Assembly: GCA_964016885.1 (NCBI GenBank)
Contig: OZ024741.1
Coordinates: 280,302,001 to 280,366,000 of the forward strand
Origin: Eledone cirrhosa
Taxonomy: Eukaryota
Direction of reading: 5' to 3'
DNA length: 64,000 bases
Under the pieces are notes generated by a model. It saw only the letters and a program-made list of their open reading frames with translations, was not told the DNA's origin and searched no databases. The translations under genes and the position numbers were made by a program. Position 1 is the first letter of the stretch. Each line of letters begins with the position of its first letter. This document shows positions 41,406 to 54,674 of the stretch, piece by piece.

Positions 41406-42863
41406 GTGTGTGTGTGTGTGTATATATATATAAATATATAATATGGGCCTAGCTGTTTTGTTACTGAATATGGTGGCTATCGCCACTCCAATAGAAAATG
41501 TAGGTCACTTAGGTATGGTATGTATGCTTTAGCAGCTAACAACGACTGTCGCACGGATTTTTTTCTCTTAATAATTTTAATTCCTTTGTGAAGAGAATAA
41601 GGTCACGCCTAAAAGTGTTTAAATGTTTCCATTTTATAAATACTGCAACTACTACAGTCTAGCTATCTATATATTTAGCCGTAATAGTTTCATGTTTGTA
41701 GCTCGGTCGTTAGAAAACAATGGTGAGGGTGTATGTATGTATTTTTACCACCATGAAACGATGTTGATCGTTAGCTAGCAGTTTGCAAAGAAGTAAGCTA
41801 GCTGTTTACTACTGCTGGTGCCTTATTCTTGCTTGCTTATCTACCTCTCTCTCTATCAGTATTTAATGCTATTTGCTGGTTGAGAATGTTAACGCTTTTA
41901 TATCGGCTTTGGTCCATGGAAAGCTAAAATCTGCTAATTTTCATCTTACGTGACATAACAGACTCTCTTAATGGCCATCTCTGATTATTGGTATTTTCTG
42001 CGCAACATACGACACAAACTACGTTTTAACTACACTGCGAGAGTTATATAAATTTTTTTATTGCTGACTTTATTAATTCGTATACAAATATTCGTGTGTA
42101 TCCCTCTCCAGAAATGTAATCTTAGGTTTAAATAATGACATCGTTAAATTAAAAATATTCTTTTCGCAAGTTATATTATTGTCAGCCACTGTCGAGTGGA
42201 CATAATTGTTCCGCTTTAGTATTGTTAGTGTGCTCAACTATAATTAAGTATACATACATGAATGTGTATATTTATAAATATAATATACGTGTACGTGTAG
42301 TTTTTAAAAATGTCTCTGTGCAAAATAGCAATTATAGGATCTCTCTTCCGACCAGAACAATGGTCTTAGTTCATTTATAATTTTGTTAGTTTTTTTTTTC
42401 TCCTTTTTTTGTATAATAATCGTACTTTTACCAGTTTATAAAAAGCTTCCTTTAATTTTATTTCTGATTATTTATCAAATATTCAACTCCATCACTGACT
42501 ACTTTAATGAAATTATTTCAACACGCACATTGTAGCAATGACTACATTTACGTTTCCATTCTACAACGCAGGTAGTGTTTATATTTATAAGAGCTTTTGT
42601 CATTATATCCAACTCTTGTTTTTAAAATATATACGTCGATCTGTATGTAAATCATGCTATTTTCCCATAAAACATATTTTGTTTGTCGCTCTAGTGTGGT
42701 AGTGTCAAGGTCATTGGCAATAGGCGCCATACCTTTCCTATAATAAGCAGAATCTCACGTCACTGCCACCTTCCAACTTCTGCCCAGACAAACCGACTGA
42801 CTCATTACAAAATTAGCTAATCGATATTTCCTCTATATTGCATCTCTCCCTTTTTGTCACCAG

Positions 42864-42936
<73 letters not shown>

Positions 42937-43284
42937 CCTTTTGCAAACGTTTGTTTCGTTTGGAATATGGTTTGCGATATTAGATTTCTCAGTTATTTGA
43001 CAACGTATTTTAGACATAGTAACGTCCACCAACTTGGATGTATGTACGTATCTGTCTATATAAATTGACGTCCTTTTTCGTTAATATCATTCTTGCTCCA
43101 ATGTCCCTTCAATTTCTTTCTTCGCTTTGTCTCTTCTTTGTCATCGTTCTCTTAATGGGTAAGACGCACCTGGCATCTCCTGTTGTCATTAGGCGACATC
43201 AATATACTAAATTCTCTGCACACCAGGTCAGCGTGATATCGCTTCAACGCGTTATTTTTCACTTCTTATTTTCGTATAAGATAC
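37895..43284 (-). pseudogene. Putative nested antisense multi-exon pseudogene, reprolysin/M12B (ADAM/ADAMTS-like) remnant
   Basis: AG/GT-bounded segments at 43170-43284, 42552-42737, 41950-42034, 40343-40409, 39702-39862, 38306-38539, 38131-38234 and an acceptor at 38018. Translations include DVELAIPID, LFHSP, FKKWCEEIN..HYTVFLTR, PNKWFALVID, GH|..LSHD and CRVMEP..LPLGK. Stops and frameshifts are present and there is no intact HExxH. Confidence 0.45.
42866..42933. repeat. (TA)n microsatellite
   Basis: Directly visible; another lies at 43495-43562. Confidence 0.95.
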
Positions 43285-43492
43285 CTAAAGTTGGTCATAT
43301 AAGAATGTTTTTATATTTAAATAGGGTTTTCTAAATTTTCTCTTGCCACATCGACAAGTCGGCAAGTTCGCCGTTTTTAATCTTCAAATAAATTAAATCT
43401 TTACTCTGGTCTATTTTTTCACATCCGTGGTACCGTAACGCTTTTCTTTTGCAATTTCAATATTTAGTTTCAGACGCGTAAAACGATCCTAC

Positions 43493-43565
<73 letters not shown>

Positions 43566-43929
43566 CGTGTGTGCATAAAACGTAAATAGAAATAACAAAG
43601 TAAAAATATCCGTTAGAAAAATCTTTTCGAGAATGGGTTTTTTTTTGGGGGGGGGGGGGGTAGTTTCTAATCTAACTATATAGTGTACTCCCCCCCCCCA
43701 TCCCAAAATAATAAAGCCCTTCGATAACTAACTGTAGCTATCTAAATGATTAAAACCATTATGCACCCCTCCCCACCAAATTGATTTATTTCAATCGTCG
43801 ACAGTTATACAAAATATATATCTGTTCTCCACCTTCATCTCACACAAAAATAAAGACCAAATTATGCAGTGCAATATCTGAAATGGACTATTTAAATTTT
43901 GTCCCCCCCCCCCCCTTCTTCTAAAAACT

Positions 43930-43962
<33 letters not shown>

Positions 43963-44200
43963 CCAAGCGGTTTTATATATTTTTCTGAGGTTTTTGTAAA
44001 CCAAACATTCCAAAAAGATTTTTTTATACTATATATATTTTTTACAAGAAAATTTTCTTATTACTATTCAACTTATTGTAAAAGTGAAAACAAGCAAGTG
44101 TATAAAGGTTGTCTTAGATATATATATATATTTTTTTTTTTTTTATGTTTTCCGTGTATTGAAAGCTAATGTATTGATTATTTTCCTCTTTTGAAATCAG

Positions 44201-44429
44201 GGATAGGCAAGGGAAAGAACTTGCTGAACGAGAAATGGAGCGTGAACGAGAAAAAGTGAAAAAAGATAAAGATTTACGCGAAGAAAGAGATCGCCAAGAA
44301 AAAGATTTCCAAGACAGACAGGATTCTCGACAAGAGAGGCAGCGTGTTTTCATGAAGACTCAAGAAGTAAATCCCGCTGCTGCTGTCAACCAACACTTTA
44401 TAGAGTCTTTAAAACGTGCCAGTCAGAGG
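44201..44429 (+). CDS. KDM3: KDM3/JMJD1C-like exon 3 (charged coiled-coil; AVNQHFIESLKRA)
   Basis: aatcag acceptor; phase 2 matches exon 2 (ag+g=Arg); continues the ER-rich tract; agg|gtaggt donor. Confidence 0.9.
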
Positions 44430-47400
44430 GTAGGTGTCCAGAATTATTTCAGACAACTTTTTAGCCATTCTTCCTCCTCAACACCCAACCGCTTTGTTCA
44501 TCAATAAATCTTTTTTTTTTTTTTATATTATTGCGAAATGTTCAGTATTTTAATCGTCTTCTGTTTCTAGTAGAATATTATATCAGATAAGGATTGATTA
44601 AAAGTGGGGTAGTGTTTTGGGGTGACATTGCTAATAATTTAGACAGAGGGTGCAGTGAGTTAATGTTAAGTTGATCCCTAGTAATTCTGAACCTAGCCAA
44701 ACTTAGTGTAAAGAATCTTAGTTACTGTTAAAGGAATAGGTTGTATAACATTGACAAATATGAACGGGGAGGTGTAGTATGGCTATCAAACAGAATCACC
44801 AATGAAAGTAACAGGTAGTCAATAATGAAAGCATTATTAGTATTGCCCTGTTGAAATGCAAACAAAACGTTTATACACTTCAAATACAAACTAAGATATA
44901 TTTATGTATTTGGTTGTCAGACATCACTTAATTTCTATGACTCATTATTGAATGCGCATTACTTCATAGTTCTGCTCCTGGTGCTAATAATATTAATGGA
45001 TTATTTTTGCCCCTCTTCCTTCTGGGGTTGATAGAATAAAGTACCAGTAAAGTAGTCAGGTCGATTTGAGTTCCCCTTCTCCAAATTACTGGCCTTATGT
45101 CTAAACTAGATATTATTAATTTCATTTTGCGTTAGGATACTGTTTATATTATGGCAACTGTTATGTTTTCAGAAAATGACTCCTTCCTTTTTTAATGCCA
45201 TCAACTCTATATTCCTCGTTTGAACAATTTTGGTACATAGGATTTTGTTTTTTAATTTTTTCAATAAAAATATTTTAGATACTTCATATTTGTTTTATCA
45301 GTGTCTTCCAGGGTAATTTTAAAATAAGATATTAAGGGAAGGTAAGGTATTACTGGTTTCTTAATGGAATTCTACATAGATATTCAAAGAATTTAGGTAG
45401 AACAGTAAAGTGGTTAACAAAACACACTGGTCAGGTCTTACAAACTACAATACATACAGCAATCAGCATCACAATCTATTTTTCCATACTTACATAGGTC
45501 AGAAAGGTTGTCATGTTAAACTACACTGGCCAGATGACGAGATTTTTCTCATACATTCTAATTCCGGCTTGGATGCCCTTCTTAATACTTACCACTTTTA
45601 CAGAGTGGGTTGGGTGCATTCTATTGTGGCACTACCACACACATACACACATAATTGGGTGAAAGCACACAACCTCCTAGTTAGGGTGGCGGTCTCATGA
45701 GCAAAAGGTTGTGGGTTCAGTCTCCGTGTTGGAAGGCATGTTATGTCTTAGTAAGGTCCTTCCTTATTGTCCATTCAGCTGAAAGTTAATGCCAGCTGTT
45801 TAGTACTACATGAAACTGGCCTCATGACCTAGGTTTCAGAAAGTAATCAATTCCTATGTGATGGCCTTAGTCTAATGACTTAAAACAGTAAAAGAATAAT
45901 CATAATTACAAATAAATGGAGTTTTTCCAATTGTCATCTTTTTAGCACAGTGGTAATTTAATCTATTTTACTATCATGTAACTATGAGTATTGTTAGGTG
46001 CAATGGCATGATTAAATACAGCTACCGTGGCAGTTGTTCTAGCTCTCTGAGTTTGTCGTGCCAGGGTCAGCTTTACCTTTCATTGGAATCAATAAAATAA
46101 AAGTACCAGTCCAGGAATTGTGGATTAGTAGAATTGTTAAAGCCTTAGATGGAATTTCTTGTATCGTCCAACTCTGTTCTGAGTTGACATCTTGTCTCCA
46201 CTCACTAGAAAACCAGCGACACTTTTGCAATAGACACACAATTTTTTTGGTCTTTTCTTCTACCTTGACCTTTTTTAAAGCTTGGGTGTTTTGATCTACA
46301 CAACAAACACTTTTTAAATTTTATGACTTTCAAAATGTTCTAGCATTATGAAATTATTACTAAGGAAGCTCTACATTTGAACACTATTGATAACAAACCA
46401 ACTGTAGTTTTATGCTGTTAAGCAGTTTATTTTTAAGTGTTTATAAGTATCTAAAAACCTTTCAACATAATTTTATGCAAAAACCTTAAGTTCCAAACAT
46501 TACCTTAATGAGAAAGTTAGCTTTATTACGACCCCCAAAAATAGTTTTACTGTATTATCTCTTGCCAAATTTAGTAGCCCTATAAGTCCATTTCTAGGTA
46601 ATCTGATATAATGTTAGTTTTTGATACATCAAGTCGACCTCTGTGCAGTTATTTAGCCTGTTAGAAATAGTAACCAAATCTCCTTCAAATCAATACTAGA
46701 TACACAGTAATAATAATAATAAGTGGTCACAGCTGGAATACCTTTTGAAAAGAAAACTTATATTGATTCCTTTTATCTTTTTTTTTTTTTTAAGTTCTCT
46801 ATAATTGTTGATTGTGGTATGGAGGCAAACTAAGTATCCATGGCAGTTCAGAAGTTGAAAACTGCCATTGGTGATTTTACATTGCCTTAAATTAACTAAC
46901 TCTCAAGAATATAGATACCACAGTACTATAAGAATGTTAACTTTCTGGTTTGTCCCATTCTGCTTTGCTATTGGTTCTGGATGCTGGTTCTCATTGACAT
47001 ATTTGTATTAGTTCGTAGACAAGGAATTGTTAAATTCATCTCACACAGAGTATCCACCACAATCTAGTTGATTACTTCCTCCTTTAATGTTCAAACCGGC
47101 CAGAATTCTCTACTTCTTTCTGTTGAAACTGGTTGCTCAAACTGATAAGGTATTGTTCTCAAAATAAATACTTTCAAAATCTCATAGATTCGATATTATG
47201 TGAGATAATTATGCGAGGTAAAGCCTTTACCATGAAAATATAATAGTATATATAGAGTAATGTGAATGCTAAAGGGTTAAGTGTTAACATAGGGATTAAC
47301 GTTAGAAATTATGTACTATTTGTGACCTAGTACTTATCCTTTTCATTACCATATTTCTAATGAAATACAGTTTCAATTAATTTTGAAAATAATGAAATAC

Positions 47401-47859
47401 TTGGAGCAATTTCTGAAATAAAATTGTGGTGGAAGTATAGTTTTAAAATAACTAGTTTTGTATCATGTAAGTTGGGTGGTTTCAAGTGTTAACCCTTTCA
47501 TGACTGCATTCTTAATGAAATACACTATTTTAATTGATGATAAATCTTGAAGGATTTACTAAAATTATTTCATCACTAAAGTAAGGTTCTTTATATAAAA
47601 TTGTAGGAAGATTTTAATTTAAAATGGATGGCTTTATTTCATAGAAGCAGAGCTGGATTTGTAACAAATGGATTAAATAAATTTCTGTATAAGCTTATTT
47701 TTAGGACCACAAAGGAACTAACACATTTTGGGGTGCTAGACTTGAAGAACTTGTTTAAATAAAAAATCTGAAAATAGTAAAATTCAACAAGTTATTTTCC
47801 AGCTGTGGATTGCTGAAATAACTTTAATAGGGTTACATAGTTTTGATGTTTCTAGTTAG

Positions 47860-48190
47860 CTTTACTGAGTAATTACTGGATGCTAAGAAAGCTCCAGAAC
47901 ATATCCTGGAGAACACACACAGCAAAGAAATTGCTCTATGGCTCACACCTTCACCTTTCTGACATCATAAGGCGTAGGAGGCTCACATTAGCCAGACATG
48001 TGAAATGTCACAATGAACCTGCTGGCAGTTCTTTTTTGGAAACCTGATGTGTGCAGATGAGTTTTGAGACCAACCACCATGCTGAAGGATGTTCTTGAAG
48101 ATGATACTGGGTTGGAAGCAGGGGAAATTCAGATGGCAATGTTAGACTGGGTGAGCTGGAGGAGGAACTTAGTCATGGCACTGGTATAGA
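47860..48190 (+). pseudogene. Decayed RTE/RTE-X LINE 3' ORF fragment
   Basis: MLRKLQNISWRTH..IIRRRRLTLARHV..AMLDWVSWRR-like text across frames. Confidence 0.6.
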
Positions 48191-49357
48191 AGAATTATTT
48201 AATCTTCTAAGTTTTTAATTAGCTCTTGAATATTGACTATTGTTTAGATAGTGTGTATCCCTGATTTTAGAATAGATACACCGTATCCCTTGACGTTAGT
48301 CCATCATATCGATCCCAGTACTTATTTTATCAAATCTGGTGCATATTTTATTGATCTTTTATTTGAACTGCTGGATAATAGGACAAACAATAAACACGCA
48401 TGCACACATAAATGTGCATATATAATATGGGTTTTTACTGTGTCTGAATACCAAATTTCACTCATTAGGCATTGGTTCATCTGACTCAAGAGAATAGACA
48501 TTTGCCCAAATGAAGGGCAATCACCTTTAGCCATCTTTGTGACGATATTTCTAATGAAATAGTCTTTGACTGATTTATTTTGAAATAATGTAACTGAATA
48601 AAATGAAAATTTTAATTTAAATATAATTGCTTTAAAACAGGTTCTGCATCAGAAGTAGTTTCAGGTGGGTTGGTGTGAAAAGAGTTAAAACCCTGCTGAT
48701 TTAATGACCCAAAAAGCTAGTTTGTAAATAGAATACATGGCAACTGGCTTGTAATGAAGTTCATTGGCTTTAAATTAATATATTAGTTGATTAATTTATA
48801 ATTTTAAAATGACTGGATTGCCAAATGTGTTTCTATACAATAACCTACATAAATTTTCCCATTGGGGGAAGTATACAGGACATTAACCCTTGCGTTACTT
48901 TATGTCTAATGAAATAGTTTGTAATTAATGAAGAATTTGGGAAGGATTTACCAAAATAATTTGTAGCAACAAAAAATCTAGTGTAACTATGAGCTAGTTA
49001 ATGCGGTTGTCCCTCTCTCCTATTTAATATTGTTGAGATTGGTGAGTGCATAAAAAATAATTTCCAACCTTTATCAATCATTATTATATGATATTCAAGT
49101 ATTTTACCTCTTGTTGGGTTTTTGTCGCATTTGTCTAGTTTATAAGACAGATGACTTCAACCTTTGTTTTTAAAAATTCTTTAAAATGTATGGGTGATAA
49201 TACTTGTACAGCATCATTTTAACAAAATGATTGCTTTTTTTTTTTTTTTTTTTTTTTTTCTTCCCCTCCCCCTTCATTGTCATTTCTTACATATAAATAT
49301 TGTAAGATGTTTTTTCTTTGTCTCACTCTCTACTCCCCCCTCTCTCTCTCTCTCCCT

Positions 49358-49420
<63 letters not shown>

Positions 49421-50497
49421 TTTGTTGGTTTTATCTATTTTATGTTGGCTGTATAATACAAAATTTGTTGGATTTCAAGTTATATTTTTTAATTTGAAAT
49501 ATATTTTGAATTTTTTTTTCTTTTTGTTTTTTTACTTTGTGGAGAAACACACTATTTAAAATTTTTGTATATTGTGATGGGATTTGTTTTTCAGATTTTT
49601 TTTAAACATCTGTATGCTTCATTCTTTTTAAGCAATGAAAACCAAATAATTATATTTGTTGAAAACGAAAATTATTGCAATATGTTTAAAACTAAATTAT
49701 TGCAACTTCATTTTGTAATTTCCATCAGCATTCCCTTGTATATCTCAATGAATCACCCTTTATTTTGTTTTACAGAAACTTATATATATACATAAACATT
49801 ATTTGGCTGTAGATTTAACAATCAAAATGTTTCATTTTAATAAGTGGCATTATAGTATGCCAAGTCTTGTGAAGAATGGTCCATATCAAGATTTTATTGT
49901 TGATTGCATGATACTTGCTTTTTATCAGGCCTATTCTGTGAAGACCTAAAGAAGAAAAAAACAAAAAACGTCTTTTTTGACAGTGTTTCCAATTGGTTCA
50001 TATGATGCTGTCCAAATTCTTTGACAACTAATTATGCTTGTCAATTTTTTTTTTACTTCTCAGCAAAGCATAAAATGACTCGACTCTTGTAAATGCTTAT
50101 TGCATATACATTGGAGACAATTTAGCTTAATTTTTGTAAAAGATATCTGATAGTTAACAGTTTTGTAGTATAACAAGAGTAATTGGATTTATTTTTTCTG
50201 ATTTCACTTTATATAAGTGGATGTGCTTTCTAAATGGTCCAGACCTGAAATTACTCTAGGCTTAGACCAACATGTTCATATTTTGTAACATTACTAGAAT
50301 TTTTTTTGTTTTGTTTTGTTTGTTTATTGCCAATAGAGGGGCTTTATACCATTTCATGGAGATAGATGTTGATTGACAGGTCTAACTAAACAAACCGACT
50401 ATATACAATTGGCCCTAGTTTATACAAATTTGAGAAGGCATCGATTTATTGTAGAATTTCCAACCTCCAGTGATTTGTCACGACTTTGATTTTGCAG

Positions 50498-50671
50498 ACT
50501 TCTACAGTTTGGCCTTCTCCTTCAATAACATTAGGGACAGGAAAAGGTTTTGTGAAAAATGAGTTGCCAACACACTCAACTAAATCCTCTGTCTTTTCTC
50601 ACAATGTCTCAAATCAGGATCCTCTTCGACCTGACAACAAAATTGATGATAAAGTGGATAAGTTTAAATAT
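50498..50671 (+). CDS. KDM3: KDM3/JMJD1C-like exon 4
   Basis: tttgcag acceptor, 174-nt open frame, tat|gtaagt donor; phase 0/0. Confidence 0.88.
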
Positions 50672-51499
50672 GTAAGTAAATATTTGCTATCAATAAGTTA
50701 GGCATTAAAGATATACACCTTTTTTAAAAATATCACTCAATCTAGGAAAATTTAGCTAGTGTTTATTTAAAAAGTATACTCTTAACACTGGGTGTTTCAC
50801 CTATTACATTCCAATGCTGTGATTTTAGAATGAAAGATTAAGAAATACAAAGGGAATTTTATTAGGCAGTTGTCTGGGAATATCAAATTGAGTTTTATTG
50901 CATATAAATGCACCAAAATGTAACTTTGTGTTTTGGAAATCATGCAATTAAGATGGCTGTGATTATCAGTAACTATTAAGTATAAAAATCTTTCCTAATT
51001 TTAAGTCATTTGGGTGGGAGTGGGTTTAATAGTTTCTTGGCATTGCTTTTGTCAGAAATTTCAAATCAGAATTTAAAATATATTTTAACACTAGTTATTT
51101 TCATTTCTGGTTTAGTTAAAATTTGAATAATCTTGTCGATATTCTCTGAACCACCACTGGTGCTGTAATCTTTTGTGCAACCATTTAAAAATTAAACTGA
51201 CAAGACAGTTCAGTTGGCATTTATATTTACAATAATTAAAGATTCTTCTTGTTAAGCATTTTTACAATAAAATTGTTGCCATTCTATTTGGAATCTCTGC
51301 TGAAGATTGACTCTTCTGATGTTTTAAAAAAAAAAAGAAAAAAATTAGTGATAGTTTGTTGCTTGTTGTTGTTTTTTTGTTGTTTTTCCTGTTTCTCTAG
51401 TGAGATACTTTTGTAGTTTTTAAGGAGTTGCAACTAAACTTTGGAAATAAATATTTTCATTAAATTAAGTTTTAATCAATAGATTCTCCATTTTGCTTC

Positions 51500-51743
51500 T
51501 TAACCCTTTCATTACCATATTTCTATTGAAACACACTGCCCATTATTTTCAAATAATTTTGAAAATAAAGAATTTGGAGTGATTTAGTAATTATACCTAA
51601 CTTTATTCATTCAGCTGGTGTTTGGAGTATAATAAAGGTTCTTTCATAAAATTGATAGGTTTTTAGATAAAAATAACCACTTTAAAATAAACATCGGCTT
51701 AGTGTCCTAAAATGAGAGGCGGTTTGGTATTAAAAAGGGTTAA
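51500..51743. mobile_element. piggyBac-type MITE, second family (~245 bp)
   Basis: TTAA-CCCTTTCATTACC ... AAAAAGGG-TTAA. Related copies lie at 5592-6617 (split by the SINE array), near 12000-12156, 47489-47677 and 59694. Confidence 0.75.
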
Positions 51744-51967
51744 TAGTATGAGCAGTTTAGTTTGGTTGTATTCATTGACATGACTACAACTTATCAAATA
51801 TACATATCCAGCTTCTCAATTCAATATTGATAAAAAGATATGTGTGGCAATGAAACCAAATCTCTGTTGAGATTCATGGCACAGATCTAGCATACTAACT
51901 GAAAGCACCAGTGGTGGAAATTCTAACATCATAATTAGTCTTAAAAATTAATCTTTTTAACCCTCAG

Positions 51968-54097
51968 GAAAAAGACCCCCAACAAGATGGCCATGTAAAT
52001 ACCCAGCGATTGGCCTGCATTGATAAAGCCCACGATGCTTCACGTCATCTAAAGCATCATAAAGATGATAGACTTATCACTTCTCACCAAAATAAAACAT
52101 ATGATGGACATCTCAAAGTAATAGATCATCGCACTGAAATGAAATCAGATCCTTCTCAAGGCTATTCATCACATCCTGAAAACCTTTCCCCCCACCAACG
52201 TACTGGTTTAATTCAGCAAGTGAAACAAGAACCAAACTTCAGTCTTTATGGGTACCAACCATACCAGCACTCTTACATTAGCAGTGATCAGCTCAGTCTA
52301 CGTGGGCTAACAGATAAAACTACTTCCAGAAATGAACGATCTCATGAGCCAGCATTACAACCAGACTCTACAATAAAAAGGAAAGATTTGTCAGTTCCAC
52401 CACCACTAATTAAAGATGGCAAGCCACACAATAGTGTTATTGTTGAGAATAAATGTCGAGACGGTGCCAAGTCTGTGAGTCCTCACAGTTCTTTGTACGG
52501 TAGTCCTGCTGCTCAGTCTTCAAAATCAATATCACCCACATCACTTTCATATTCTGATCGAATACCAGATCGAACTATGACCTTTTCAACATCAGCCCCA
52601 TCTGTGTCATATAGTTCTCATATTAACTCACAGTCACCCCGTCAAGTGCCCTCTGCACATTCATTATCTGCTTTCCTAATCTCTGATAAGTCCCGTTCTC
52701 AGAGTCCCTTACAAGTTGCAAGTCCTCAGCAATTATCTGCTGCTGTGATGCAACAGCCTATTGACTATCGAAAGACTCCACCTAGTAATAGTAATCGGAA
52801 TATATCAACCACAAGTCATAATGTACAAGTAAGCAATACTAGTCCTCATTGTAGTAGCAATAGTAGTCAACATCTGTCTAATTCTCCATACAGCAATAGC
52901 AGCAATTCATTACAAAATTGCAACCCACGATCAATAACAGTCATTTCACCTCACATGTCTCAGAATCCAATCACTTTAACACATTCGTATATGGTTCCTA
53001 GTCACTCTGTAGTTGCCAGCAGTAGAGAATCAACTGTTCATGTAGTATCTCATCCACATGCCACTCAGTTAGCATCAAAAACATATTCTCCTGTGGTATC
53101 TTCCCAGCACACCAATGTTTACAATACTAATAATACACCTGTAAGCATCAAGCGCAAACCTGTAAGGGAAAATAACAACAGGAAAAAGATTAAAGCAGCT
53201 CCTACGGCTAAGATAGCTCCATCAGTCAGTGTTCCTGTGACAACTCCTCAAATCCTCTTCAATCCATCTCCGTACACTACATCAAGCAGCAGTGCTACCA
53301 CATTTCACCCGACTGTATCCATTCCAGCCAGTGTTTCTGTTCCCACATCTGGCTCCAGTTTGCTGTCCTCAGCAACCCGAGCGTCAGGCTATATGGACAG
53401 TTTCCGTTCATTTGTCGAGAACACTGTCCAGAATGCATTTTATCAGGAGACCGCTGACATGCCCTCTACCCAAAATCTCCAGTCGAGAATCACAGAAACG
53501 GAGAAGCAAGTGCCATCAGCTGCAGTTGCAATTCCATCTTCTGTTCCCCCACAACGAAATAAAGATGTAACATCGTCAGTTCCTCCTTCGTCTTTACGTC
53601 CACCACCTCCTCCTCCCCCACCACCACCACATGTCTCCTCTCTCTTAACCAATTCATCCATAGTTTCACCAGGCAAGGGCAGCAGTACTACCTCGATCAC
53701 CATTATCACTACAGATTCCAGTAGTCGAGCAGTGAATGGTATAATAGATACAGACAGTGATACGTTAAGTGCACCCAGCCCACCACCACCTCCACCTAAA
53801 CCAGATAGTTGTGCGTCACCTGGCCGATCAGGCAACCATCCAAAACTCAAGAAGGCTTGGCTTCAACGACATTCAGATGAAGACAAAGTGAAGGAAAATA
53901 AACCAATAAAGGATGAACCTGGTACGGAAATGGGTGATGTTCTAAAAACTTGCTATGTCAACTGTTCTTACATTTCTCCGAGCAAAGGTGGAAGCAAGTC
54001 CCCCATTACTTCAATTAGACTGGCTAATGGCACCATCAAAGACTTGGCTAAAGACAGTGATGAGTCGACCAGTTCTGCTTCTGAAACTGATGTACAG
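51968..54097 (+). CDS. KDM3: KDM3/JMJD1C-like exon 5 (Ser/Pro-rich)
   Basis: ccctcag acceptor, 2130-nt open frame, cag|gtaaga donor. Motifs VPPPLIK and KLKKAWLQRHSDEDK are recalled as conserved in JMJD1C (KLKKAWLTRHSEEDK). Confidence 0.95.
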
Positions 54098-54500
54098 GTA
54101 AGATTTTAAGTAGTGTGTTTTATCTCCACAAAGTTGCTTGTATTTAATCTGTGTTCACTGCTGTCCTTTCTCCCTCACAGGCTTGTTCATTTTTTTTTTT
54201 TTTTTTTTTCAGTCTCCAAACAATATCTTGCACCTCTACTCCCAAATGTTTTTGTCCTTGCCCTTCCCAGTTACAAGCAATATAGATGGCATTTTTCTTC
54301 TGTAGATAAACCCTCCCTCCCTTGTGTCAACATTTTCTTTCAGAATAATTTTGAAATTACCACTAATCTATACATTTTGTATTCTCAAGTGGAAATATTA
54401 ATTTGTATATTATAAGCACAAATTTTATTTTAATTGTATCATATTATAAAGTGCATAGATTGTTTTTAAAATTGTGTTTATTCTACTTTAATTTCTTTAG

Positions 54501-54674
54501 CATGAAGACGAATGTTCTACTGGTTCCAAGCGTCCTCAACACACATATAGTCAAATTGATGCCAAAAGAATAAAAACTGAGATAGACTCCAAAAATGTTT
54601 GCGAGGAGAGTATTTACAGCACTAAAAAGAAGAATACTCTTGGGAAAGTAAAGTTGGAAGGACCGATATTAAAG
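54501..54674 (+). CDS. KDM3: KDM3/JMJD1C-like exon 6 (HEDECSTGSKRP...GPILK)
   Basis: tttctttag acceptor, 174-nt open frame, aag|gttagt donor; phase 0/0. Confidence 0.88.

Noticed and set aside
42838-43706. ORFs with YIYIYI runs (also 9891, 10647, 49194)
   Set aside because: These are translations of (TA)n/(CA)n microsatellites.
53292-53850. Alternative-frame and antisense ORFs (92 and 135 aa)
   Set aside because: Shadows of exon 5 with no independent signals.
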